A stretch of DNA of 62,674 bases, counting the filler, from Basidiobolus meristosporus CBS 931.73 (lineage: Eukaryota > Fungi > Basidiobolomycota): assembly GCA_002104905.1 (NCBI GenBank). It is 3 parts of 3 records of this genome, joined end to end, with 100 filler letters (N's around TTAATTAATTAA, not from the genome) between each part and the next. Parts side by side here need not be neighbours in the genome. Positions count along the whole stretch, not along the records: positions 32,315 to 62,674 come from MCFE01000851.1; 2 more parts are not named here. The stretch is one strand, 5' to 3'. A program made the translations under genes and the position numbers. This document shows, piece by piece, positions 52,690 through 62,674 of the stretch. Each line of letters begins with the position of its first letter. Positions within the stretch are counted from its first letter, which is position 1. The notes beneath the pieces are model-generated. The model did no database searches and was not told the DNA's origin. It was given only the letters and a program-made list of their open reading frames with translations.

Positions 52690-54219
52690 TCACTGCGCCC
52701 TCTTCAAGCAGATGTTCACATCGGCCTTGATGAGGCCAAGCACCTTGGCGCGTGCGACAATGTCATCGCACGACCACTTATCGGCGTCTCCCTTGGACCA
52801 GTCACTGGCTCCCTTCACCCCAAGGCAGACGTTCGCGCGGATTTTGAGTCCGAGGATGTTCAGGCGAGCCACGATGTCGTTGCACTCGTCGGAGTCGCTG
52901 TCCTCGTCACCACCTAGTCTTCCACCGCGGAGGGTGTTCTTGAGGCAAATGTTGACGTCGGCCTTGATGAGACCAAGCACCTTGGCGCGTGCAACAATGT
53001 CATCGCACGACCACTTATCGGCATCTCCCTTGGACCAGTCACTGGCTCCCTTCACCCCAAGGCAGACATTGGCATCCACTTTGAGACCAAGCAGGCGGAG
53101 GCGAACCACGATGTCATCGCACTCGTTGTGTTCTCCATCGCCGCCACTTGGCCGTCCACCGCCGAGGACGTTCTTCAAGCAGATGTTGACGTCGGCCTTG
53201 ATGAGACCAAGCACCTTGGCGCGTGCAACAATGTCATCGCACGACCACTTGTCGGCATCTCCCTTGGACCAGCCACTGGCTCCCTTGATTCCAAGGCAGA
53301 CGTTGGCGTCCACTTTGAGTCCAAGCAGGCGAAGACGAGCCACAATATCTTCACATTCATCGTAGTCTCCGTCACTGCCGCTGCTTGGCTGCACACCACC
53401 AAGGACATTCTTCAGGCAGACATTGACATCAGCCTTGATCAGGCCAAGCACCTTGGCGCGTGCAACAATGTCATCGCATGACCAGTTGTCGGCATCTCCC
53501 TTGGACCAGCCCCTGGCTCCCTTGATTCCGAGGCAGACATTGGCGTCCACCTTGAGCCCAAGTAGGCGCAGGCGGGCCACGATATCGTCACACTCATTGT
53601 AGTCGCCATTATCGCCACCGTGACCATTCTCTGGAAGGATTGACACCAAGCCATCGTTGCTACCTAGTATCGGACCAAGACACACCTTGGCGTCAACCTT
53701 GATCCCAAGAAGGCGACCAACGCGGACAAGATCCTCGCATGACCACTTGGAGTAATCGTCGTCATCATCGTGCCCGCTGCTCAGCACCCCCTTCTCTATC
53801 TTCCTTCCGAGGCACACGTTCACGTTCGCCCGGACCTTCAGCAACTTGAGTCTGGCCACGATGCCGCGACATCTGCGCTCACTCTCCTCCTCGTCGTAAT
53901 CATCGCCACGTTTCTTCAATCCTCCAATACACACATTCGCGTCGACCTTCACCCCGAGGGCCCGAACTTTGGCCACCAAGGCATCACACAACAGATCAGC
54001 TGGATCGTACAGATCTGCCTCGTCGCTACCCCCATCTCCACCGGGACGACCCTCGCACAGGTCGAGCCCGAGGTTCGCGTGGTAACGGGTATTCAGATGG
54101 GATAACAAATCCTGGCAGTAATTCAATCCACCTGGGGGGACGTATCCTCTCTCCACGACCAAGCTGGATGCAAGAAGCGCACTGGACAGAACTAACAAAA
54201 GGCAGTTGGCGGAGAACAT
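52690..54219 (-). CDS. Secreted Cys-module repeat protein A (509 aa, 12 C-x18/19-C modules); family not recognised
   Basis: Signal peptide MFSANCLLLVLSSALLASS; four ~79-aa double-module repeats; intronless. Confidence 0.85.
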   Translation of the reverse strand: MFSANCLLLVLSSALLASSLVVERGYVPPGGLNYCQDLLSHLNTRYHANLGLDLCEGRPGGDGGSDEADLYDPADLLCDALVAKVRALGVKVDANVCIGGLKKRGDDYDEEESERRCRGIVARLKLLKVRANVNVCLGRKIEKGVLSSGHDDDDDYSKWSCEDLVRVGRLLGIKVDAKVCLGPILGSNDGLVSILPENGHGGDNGDYNECDDIVARLRLLGLKVDANVCLGIKGARGWSKGDADNWSCDDIVARAKVLGLIKADVNVCLKNVLGGVQPSSGSDGDYDECEDIVARLRLLGLKVDANVCLGIKGASGWSKGDADKWSCDDIVARAKVLGLIKADVNICLKNVLGGGRPSGGDGEHNECDDIVVRLRLLGLKVDANVCLGVKGASDWSKGDADKWSCDDIVARAKVLGLIKADVNICLKNTLRGGRLGGDEDSDSDECNDIVARLNILGLKIRANVCLGVKGASDWSKGDADKWSCDDIVARAKVLGLIKADVNICLKRAQ

Positions 54220-56600
54220 TTTGCACAAGTCTATCGTCTAAGGCAGAGGCGGAGGCGGAGGAGGGGGAGGAGGATACGCTTGGTTGTTGTGTGAGGAATG
54301 AACCACCAGATGGCCGCGTTTTATACCGGACCCATCAGGCAACACCGCCCCTTAGCGCCGCGTCCAACATGACTCTAGATAATACCCGATTGGAATGCGG
54401 AGAAGCACCGATATGGTCTAGTAGAAATGAAATAATCGCCGTTCATTATGTAGCGTACTTACAATGGAAAGGCTTCTCATTCATCACTAAAGTGACTTGC
54501 ATCATATAGATGGGATTCGTTCCAACTCCCCGAGGTCCACACTAATGCACTGCGCTAGGGCACATCGGTACAAATGGAGGGATGCATACTCCACCGGTAA
54601 TAGGGGAAAATCAAGATCCCCATTATCCAGACTATTGCCATCTCCCTCATGATCATGGCGGCGGTGTACAGCAGTTGGAAAGCTTCGTGAGATTCTTCAT
54701 CATGAACCCAACGTGACCCCGTCCCTAATTCACCATATGCATCACCTCGCATCCCACCACCAACCGATGCGCTTCATTTCTAACCAGCTGGATTCCCCGC
54801 CGACTGGCACGGTTTGGGAGCTTGGGGACGGTCACACCAGGGGGATGCGTCAAGTGGCATTATCGGGGCTATGAATTCCCTCTGCATAAGTGTACAGCGG
54901 GCAATAAGCATTGAGCCGAGTCTGGTCTAATGCAAGATCCATTGGAAGCCCACATTTGGCTTCGTCCGGTGATGATCAGGGAGGTGCGTGGGTGTGTCGG
55001 CCATACCGGAAAGCCAATGGCCCATCTGAAACCCCGATGGTGGTTAGGATAATGGTTGGGTGATAATGGTAAATTAAAGCAAGGGGATACGCCACATTGG
55101 ACAATTAGTCTCTCTTTTCTGCTAGACCATATCGGTGCTTCTCCGCATTCCAATCGGGTATTATCTAGAGTCATGTTGGACGCGGCGCTAAGGGGCGGTG
55201 TTGCCTGATGGGTCCGGTATAAAACGCGGCCATCTGGTGGTTCATTCCTCACACAACAACCAAGCGTATCCTCCTCCCCCTCCTCCGCCTCCGCCTCTGC
55301 CTTAGACGATAGACTTGTGCAAAATGTTCTCCGCCAACTGCCTTTTGTTAGTTCTGTCCAGTGCGCTTCTTGCATCCAGCTTGGTCGTGGAGAGAGGATA
55401 CGTCCCCCCAGGTGGATTGAATTACTGCCAGGATTTGTTATCCCATCTGAATACCCGTTACCACGCGAACCTCGGGCTCGACCTGTGCGAGGGTCGTCCC
55501 GGTGGAGATGGGGGTAGCGACGAGGCAGATCTGTACGATCCAGCTGATCTGTTGTGTGATGCCTTGGTGGCCAAAGTTCGGGCCCTCGGGGTGAAGGTCG
55601 ACGCGAATGTGTGTATTGGAGGATTGAAGAAACGTGGTGATGATTACGACGAGGAGGAGAGTGAGCGCAGATGTCGCGGCATCGTGGCCAGACTCAAGTT
55701 GCTGAAGGTCCGGGCGAACGCGAACGTATGCCTCGGGAAGAAGTTGGAAAAGGGCGTGCTGAGTAACGGGCACGACGATGACGACGATTATTCCAAGTGG
55801 TCATGCGAGGATCTTGTCCGCGTTGGTCGCCTTCTTGGGATCAAGGTTGACGCCAAGGTGTGTCTTGGTCCGATACTAGGTAGCAACGATGGCTTGGTGT
55901 CAATCCTTCCAGAGAATGGTCACGGTGGCGATAATGGTGACTACAATGAGTGTGACGATATCGTGGCCCGCCTGCGCCTACTTGGGCTCAAGGTGGACGC
56001 CAATGTCTGCCTCGGAATCAAGGGAGCCAGGGGCTGGTCCAAGGGAGATGCCGACAAGTGGTCATGCGATGACATTGTTGCACGCGCCAAGGTGCTTGGC
56101 CTGATCAAGGCCGATGTCAACGTCTGCCTGAAGAATGTCCTCGGTGGTGTGCAGCCAAGCAGCGGCAGTGACGGAGACTACGATGAATGTGAAGATATTG
56201 TGGCTCGTCTTCGCCTGCTTGGACTCAAAGTGGACGCCAACGTCTGCCTTGGAATCAAGGGAGCCAGTGGCTGGTCCAAGGGAGATGCCGACAAGTGGTC
56301 GTGCGATGACATTGTTGCACGCGCCAAGGTGCTTGGTCTCATCAAGGCCGACGTCAACATCTGCTTGAAGAACGTCCTCGGCGGTGGACGGCCAAGTGGC
56401 AGCGATGGAGAACACAACGAGTGCGATGACATCGTGGTTCGTCTCCGCCTGCTTGGTCTCAAAGTGGATGCCAATGTCTGCCTTGGGGTGAAGGGAGCCA
56501 GTGACTGGTCCAAGGGAGATGCTGACAAGTGGTCGTGCGATGACATTGTTGCACGCGCCAAGGTGCTTGGTCTCATCAAGGCCGACGTCAACATCTGCTT
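52700..56600. repeat. Large inverted repeat (arms ~52700-54421 and ~55121-56600, spacer ~700 bp)
   Basis: Promoter, 5' UTR and coding sequence are mirror images; identical ORFs appear on both strands in the ORF track. Confidence 0.9.
55217..55223 (+). promoter_or_regulatory. Putative TATA box of secreted protein B (mirror copy at ~54320 for protein A)
   Basis: GTATAAAA about 105 nt upstream of ATG 55324. Confidence 0.45.
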
Positions 56601-57072
56601 GAAGAATGTCATCGGTGGTGGCCGGCCAGTTGGTGGTAATGATGGAGAGCACAGCGAGTGCGATGACATTATAGTACGCCTTCGACTTCTTGGACTGAAG
56701 GTAGATGCCAACGTCTGTCTCGGAATCAAGGGAGCCGGAGATTGGAGCAAGTCACGTATCGAGAACTCCAAATGTGAGGACATCGTCTCACATGCCAAAG
56801 TGCTCGGGATCATCAAGGCTGATGTAAACGTGTGCCTAAACAACGCCAGCCGCCCAGACCAAATTGCCGAACACTTCAACGAATGTGATACCATCGTGGC
56901 CAGACTTCGCGTACTCGGTATCCCTGTCGCCGCCAACATCTGCCTCAACATCAAGGTCGACGGCAAGCTCACCAAAGAGGAGATCGACAACATGAAGTGC
57001 GAGGAGATCACCGCTCACGCCAAAGCCCTTCACATCCTGAAGGCGGATGTCGAGGTGTGCCTTGTAAAATAG
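55324..57072 (+). CDS. Secreted Cys-module repeat protein B (582 aa, 14 modules)
   Basis: Same signal peptide as A; 28 mature Cys in 14 regularly spaced pairs; one KKR dibasic site. Confidence 0.85.
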   Translation: MFSANCLLLVLSSALLASSLVVERGYVPPGGLNYCQDLLSHLNTRYHANLGLDLCEGRPGGDGGSDEADLYDPADLLCDALVAKVRALGVKVDANVCIGGLKKRGDDYDEEESERRCRGIVARLKLLKVRANANVCLGKKLEKGVLSNGHDDDDDYSKWSCEDLVRVGRLLGIKVDAKVCLGPILGSNDGLVSILPENGHGGDNGDYNECDDIVARLRLLGLKVDANVCLGIKGARGWSKGDADKWSCDDIVARAKVLGLIKADVNVCLKNVLGGVQPSSGSDGDYDECEDIVARLRLLGLKVDANVCLGIKGASGWSKGDADKWSCDDIVARAKVLGLIKADVNICLKNVLGGGRPSGSDGEHNECDDIVVRLRLLGLKVDANVCLGVKGASDWSKGDADKWSCDDIVARAKVLGLIKADVNICLKNVIGGGRPVGGNDGEHSECDDIIVRLRLLGLKVDANVCLGIKGAGDWSKSRIENSKCEDIVSHAKVLGIIKADVNVCLNNASRPDQIAEHFNECDTIVARLRVLGIPVAANICLNIKVDGKLTKEEIDNMKCEEITAHAKALHILKADVEVCLVK

Positions 57073-57639
57073 ATGGGCCACCCAGCGCCCAGTCGATATC
57101 CTCCCTGGAAGGAAGCATATTCAGGGAGGGAGCAGGAATGTTTGCGATATAGCGAAACAATTTTACCACCTTCTTGTGATTTTGATTTTACTCGAATAGA
57201 ACTTTCAAACTCATAAGATACCATACCAATAAAGGGCGAAGTTATCGTACACGAAGTGCCGCACCATCTCTTCATCCTAACCATACTCCCAAGGTGGCTT
57301 TTGTTATGTGGAATCTTGATAACCATATACGTTGAGGCTATGGAGGGCTTAGGTTCCAATGTGATGGCCATTCCTGTCTGTGCAGTGCTACAGGTATCAT
57401 CGATGGGGACTGTGAAACGAGAGAGCCCTGATGTGTCTTTCATGAAAGTGGTTTATTTTTGGTACTTCCTACGAATCCATGAAAAGAGATGGGGGAAAAT
57501 CCGAGGGAGAGTATGCATGATGAAGATGATGTGAAGTGAATGTCATGAAGCGGAGCAATGTTTGAAGCGGAATTTACAGTGGATATGTTTCATTAAGCGT
57601 TGGAAAATCAGTACCTAAACATTCTCCTGGGTTTGATGC

Positions 57640-60128
57640 TTAGTTGTTAGCTTCAGCCATCTTGTTCAATGCAGAACCGGCCTTGAACCACTCGATTTGG
57701 TTCTCGTTGAAGGTGTGGTTGACGGGGATCTCGATCTTCTCGCCGGACTCGCGGGTGACGCGAAGGGTCAATGGCTTGCCGGGGGTGAAGGTGGTGAGAC
57801 CGACGATGGACACCTTGTCGGAGGGCTTGATCTTCTCGTAGTCAGCGGGGTCAGCGAAGGTCAAGGGAAGAACACCTTGCTTCTTCAAGTTGGTCTCGTG
57901 AATACGAGCGAAGGACTTGGTAATGACGGCGATACCACCCAAGTGACGAACTTCGAGGGCGGCGTGCTCGCGGGAAGAACCTTCACCGTAGTTCTCGTCA
58001 CCGACGACGACCCAGCTGATGCCCTTGGCCTTGTAGTCTCTGGCAACGGCGGGAACGGCTCCGAATTCACCGGTCAAGACGTTCTTGATGTTGTTGGCTT
58101 CTCCGTTCTCGGAGTTAATGGCACCGATCAACATGTTGTTAGAGATGTTGTCCAAGTGACCACGGTACTTGAGCCAGGGACCGGCCATAGAGATGTGATC
58201 AGTGGTGCACTTGCCCTTGACCTTGATCAAGACGGGAAGATCTTCGGCGTCCTGGCCGTTCCACTTGGCGAAAGGCTCAAGGATTTGAAGTCTGTTACTC
58301 TCGGGGGATACCTCAACCTTGACGGTGGAGCGGTCCTCAGGGGGGGCTTGGTAGGTGTTCTCACCAGCGTCGTAACCGCGAGGGGGAAGTTCGGCACCGT
58401 GGGGAGGAGTGAACTTGAACTTCTTGCCGTCGGCGCCAGTAAGCTCATCAGTGATGGGGTTGAAGCAAAGGTCACCGGCGAAGGACATGGCAGTGACGAG
58501 CTCAGGGGAAGCAACGAAAGCGTGGGTGGCAGGGTTACCGTCGTTACGTCCGGTGAAGTTTCTGTTGTAGGAGGTGATGATGGAGTTCTTGTCACCCTTC
58601 TTGATGTCTTGACGATCCCATTGACCGATGCAAGGACCGCAGGCGTTGGCGAGAACGACACCACCGGCCTTGTCGAAGACCTCCATTTGTCCGTCACGCT
58701 CGATGGTGGCACGGATTTGCTCGGAACCAGGGGTGATGGTGAACTTGGACTTGACTTGGAGTCCGTGGTCAAGAGCCTCTTGGGCAAGGGAGGCGGAGCG
58801 GGACATATCTTCATAGGAAGAGTTGGTGCAGGAGCCGATGAGACCGACCTTCAATTCACTGGGCCAGTTGTTCTTCTTGACGGTTTCGGCGAACTTGCTC
58901 AAGGGAGTGGCAAGATCGGGAGTGAAGGGTCCGTTGATGTGTGGCTCCAATTCGGAAAGGTTGATCTCGATGACGTGATCGTATTTGGCACCCTCATCAG
59001 CACGGAGGTTGTGGGCGAACTCCTCAGAAGACTTGGCGATGTGAGGACGGCTGGTGGCACGGAGGTAGTCACCCATACGCTTGTTGAAGGGGAACACGGA
59101 GGTAGTGGCACCGATTTCGGCACCCATGTTACAGATGGTAGCCATACCAGTGCAAGACAAGCTCTCAACACCAGGGCCGAAGTATTCGACAATAGCACCA
59201 GTTCCTCCCTTGACGGTCAAGATACCAGCAACCTTCAAGATGACATCCTTGGCGGAGGTCCAACCGCTGATTTGGCCGGTGAGCTTAACACCAATGACCT
59301 TGGGGCACTTGAGTTCCCATGGGATGTCGGCCATGACGTCAACAGCATCGGCACCACCAACACCGATAGCGCACATACCCAAACCACCAGCGTTGGGGGT
59401 ATGGGAGTCAGTACCGATCATGAGACCACCGGGGAAAGCATAGTTCTCGAGGATGATTTGATGGATAATGCCGGATCCTGGCTTCCAGAAACCAAGACCG
59501 TACTTGGCGGTGGCGCTGGCCAAGAAGTCGTAGACTTCCTTGTTGATGTCCTTGGCTCTGGCCAAATCCTTGGGGCCACCCAACTGAGCCTCGATCAAGT
59601 GATCGCAGTGAACGGTGGAGGGGACGGCAACTGTGGGAAGACCAGCGGAGATGAATTGAAGAAGAGCCATTTGGGCGGTGGCATCTTGGCAAGCAACACG
59701 ATCAGGTCTGAGCTTGAGGTAGGAGGAACCACGCTCGATGTCTTGGTTCTTGGCATCGTCCAAGTGACCGTAGATAATCTTCTCAGCAAGAGTAAGGGGA
59801 TGGTTCAAACTGTAGAGCAACCGTTAGTACGAATGTAGCAGGGATCCAGTTCAACCAGGGTACTTACCGATCTCTGATGATGGCCAAGTTGTCCTCAATT
59901 CTTTGGTAGTTGATGTACTTGTCCTTCTCCAAGTTGGAGATGGACACCTTTTGAGGAGCAACACCACCGGTAGCGGTAGCTAAGCCTCTGGCAGAGACTG
60001 CCTTGCGTACAATAGGAGAGAAGTTCTACAGGAGAAGAATCGGCGGTGGTTAGACTCGGGGGGTATGCAACAGAGAGGAGGCATTGAATTGAACATACTC
60101 TAGAAGCACGACTGAAAGTAGACATCAT
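57640..60128 (-). CDS. ACO1: Mitochondrial aconitase (exons 60128-60099, 60025-59868, 59809-57640; 785 aa)
   Basis: Presequence [28 protein letters not shown]; [53 protein letters not shown]. Confidence 0.97.
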
Positions 60129-61519
60129 CTTCGTTGGATGATGAAAGAGAAGCAGACAGGGTTGTCGGAAATGAGTGTGGGGTGTGGCTATTTGTAGGTT
60201 TTTCGAGATGCTTTCGTTCCACCAATCAGCAGATCGTTGGAAAAATTTTAAATCCTCATTATCTATGGATAAGACCGATTGATACCCGGGTAAAATAGCA
60301 TCAACTCAACCATCGTCACGCGGCACGGTAACGTCGCTCTAAAGAGCAGATAAACCTGATTGTCAACATACGTACTACAATACCCAATGGCATATTTCTG
60401 GTGTGAATGCACAGGGATTCTGCCGTCCGTGGCTACAGGATTGTCATTCCACTGAGCCAGTTGTGATTAACTTGTGCGCCCCGAAGGTCAGCTGCAGCAG
60501 GTATATTATTCACCTTCAAATTCGGGTCATTTAGCGAGGTGGTGTCTGGCAAGTGAATGCACGTGCTGACGAAAACGAAATTTCGATTACTTAATAGCCA
60601 GTGTTGACACACACCTCAAAACGGAAGGGGTTAAGAAAAATTAGCACTTAACCCCTTCCTATTCGGATGCTGGAGCAGCGAGCCAATCAACAGCCTCCAA
60701 ACCGGATGCCCATTTCCATCAAAATGCTCTGTTTCTCCGCGCCTTAATAGGTTAAATATATATTGTATCCAGAGTCACAGGATGGTAATACCTAACGAAT
60801 CCTAGTGGCTTTGAGCATTCCCCTCCCCCAAAACCACGCCACCTTCCCCCAGAAAATTCTGCTTGCATTATTTTCCACTCACCCACCCATGCTTGCTTTC
60901 ATGCCCGCTAGGCCAGCGCCGAAAGTCTGGTAGAGAGTAGTGAAGTGTGTCGGATGTGACGTACCGTTATTTGATGATTTCCATTTGGCACTGTGAGAAT
61001 GGATGCTCGGATAAATTCGTCTGACACTTATTTCATCGGTGCCCCATAAATTTCACTACATTACGTCGGGATATGGTCTCGGGCTTCTAATTTGACAGCT
61101 CATTTATTGAGGCCCAACTGTCAAATCTGTCACCGTAATCGGCTTTCCATTTGGTTTGACCACATTATTCGCTTTCCGAGACTCGGCTTTCGTTCTTTTC
61201 TATGCGCCGATTCTACGTCGACCGATGTTGGGCTTTCCTCTGCTCCTTAGTGGTTGGTACCACTAGGATACTCTGTTGAGCCCTCTTTCGGTAGTGTAAC
61301 ATGTAGTTGCTTTATTGGATACTGTTGAGCCCGAATTCGCTTTCTCTGTCCTTTTGTTCGGCTAAATCAATTGCGCTTAGCCTCCATTTATTTTTTACCA
61401 ACCGCGACCGTAGGAAGATTCATGGAATTACGTATTTCTGTATCATTGTGCGTATCTTTATTCAGGGTGTTTATCTTTATCCAAGGTATGCTAGCTATAC
61501 ACCGGTAACTCGGGCATCT

Positions 61520-62352
61520 TTAAGTGAATACAACTGGTTTGTCCATGCATGCCACACGCTTGATTGGTACCTGATGCTCCTCAAGTTTGCTTGCCACTTT
61601 GTTGCACAATTCTGGATCACCACGACCAGTTGCTTTCGAAGCGTCGAGCGAGTCGCTCTCTCCGACGCATCTCCAGGTCTGTGGCGAGAATCCTTCCGCA
61701 GTTAGTACCTGCTTGACAAGGTCGCACTTATTGATGGTCTTGGTGACCTTGTCTGTAGGATCAGCACGCTTTCTGAATTCTCTTCTCGCTTTTGTCCGCT
61801 TCTCGCAGACATTTCGATCGATTCGCACCCCCAGAATGTTCAATTGCCGAATTAGTCCATTGCAGTCATATTGTGATAGGTCATCTTCTGGGGCGTGAGT
61901 GCCACCTAGCAAAGGCTTGACCGGGTCGAGGGCGACACTGACACACACACTTACCAAGGGCTTGTGCGTGTATTGCTGAAGTCTTTGGATGATGTCTTCA
62001 CACCGGTCCTTGTACTTGCCCTTCACCTCGTCAAGAGTGCCGACATCATTCTTGTCTACCGAACAGACATGTTCATCAACAAGGACATCTCGCTCTCGAA
62101 GACCCTTCAGAAGTTCGTGGCAACCAAGACTGCTTGGGTCGGGTAATTCAGTCTCCCCAGCACTGCTGTCAGGAATGTTGAGGCATTTCTCCAGGGGAAG
62201 CTCGGCTTTGTACCGAGTGTTGAGGTGAGACACCAGATCCTGGCAGTAGTTCAACCCGACTGGGGGAGTGTACCCTCTCTCCACTACACGTAGCCCGAGG
62301 CTAGAAGAGCACTGGACAATACGAACAACAGGTTGTTGATTGAAAGCGTCAT
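61520..62352 (-). pseudogene. Divergent third member C of the secreted Cys-module family (6 modules), with a 1-nt frameshift after the signal peptide
   Basis: ATG 62352 gives MTLSINNLLFVLSSALLASGYV then TAG (62286-84); the shifted frame continues VVERGYTPPVGLNYCQDLVSHLNTRY, matching A and B. Confidence 0.8.
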
Positions 62353-62674
62353 TGGCAGCACTCGACACAATGAAGAGAAGGATACTGAAGGCACGAATGA
62401 TGTTGACGATGCTGTGGCTGGCTATTTATACAGTCCATCGGTCTGTTTATGCGGAAGACTTATCTCAGTCACCACATGGAAGTTGGTAACAATGGGAGCT
62501 TATCGAAATCACCGAAGGATCAATGAAGGCATGACGTCATCGGCAACTCCTTTTTTCCAGTTGTAATGTAGGTACGAAAGATGCCTCGATGGCCCCTGGC
62601 TTATTCTAGCTTTAGCTGGCCATAGAGTCAATGCATTGCTAGGACTGACTTCAGGAGGTTCTAATATTATCCTC

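Noticed and set aside
52690-57072. Repeat proteins as Kex2-processed RiPP/KEP precursors or hydrophobins
   Set aside because: Repeats are not delimited by KR/RR (only one KKR in A and B), and the Cys pattern is not the 8-Cys hydrophobin motif.
50651-57072. Functional cluster of P2X with the secreted proteins
   Set aside because: Only adjacency supports it; no shared regulatory or family evidence.
57697-59838. 713-aa ORF antisense to aconitase, and similar long antisense ORFs over ACOX and the repeat proteins
   Set aside because: Shadow frames expected from strong codon bias; no recognisable motifs.

Overview
Eukaryotic (fungal) nuclear DNA with two 100-nt assembly gaps. Short GT-AG introns, a P2X receptor gene and a standard-code mitochondrial cox1 fragment point to an early-diverging, non-Dikarya fungus such as a Basidiobolus-like zoopagomycete; this is an inference. 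The left gene block (3.6-16 kb) holds two acyl-CoA oxidase paralogs flanking a CorA/ALR1-MNR2 Mg2+ transporter, a C2H2 transcription factor, PRS5-type PRPP synthetase and a gene start cut by a gap. A CpG-depleted nest of transposons runs from 16 to 50 kb. It contains three copies of a two-gene PIF/Harbinger-like DNA transposon, three Ty3/Gypsy families (one with an open 849-aa pol), Copia relics, a CACTA relic and a ~2.2-kb NUMT (cox1 3' half with a complete group I LAGLIDADG intron). The right gene block (50-62.7 kb) holds a 7-exon Dictyostelium-type P2X receptor, three genes of an unrecognised secreted protein family built from C-x18/19-C modules (two forming a head-to-head palindrome, one frameshifted) and mitochondrial aconitase. 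The best novelty candidates are the secreted Cys-module family, the P2X channel apparently lacking both ATP-binding lysines, and the PTS2-bearing ACOX pair with islands that resist gene conversion. No tRNA, rRNA or CRISPR features were seen. Exon boundaries were derived by hand.
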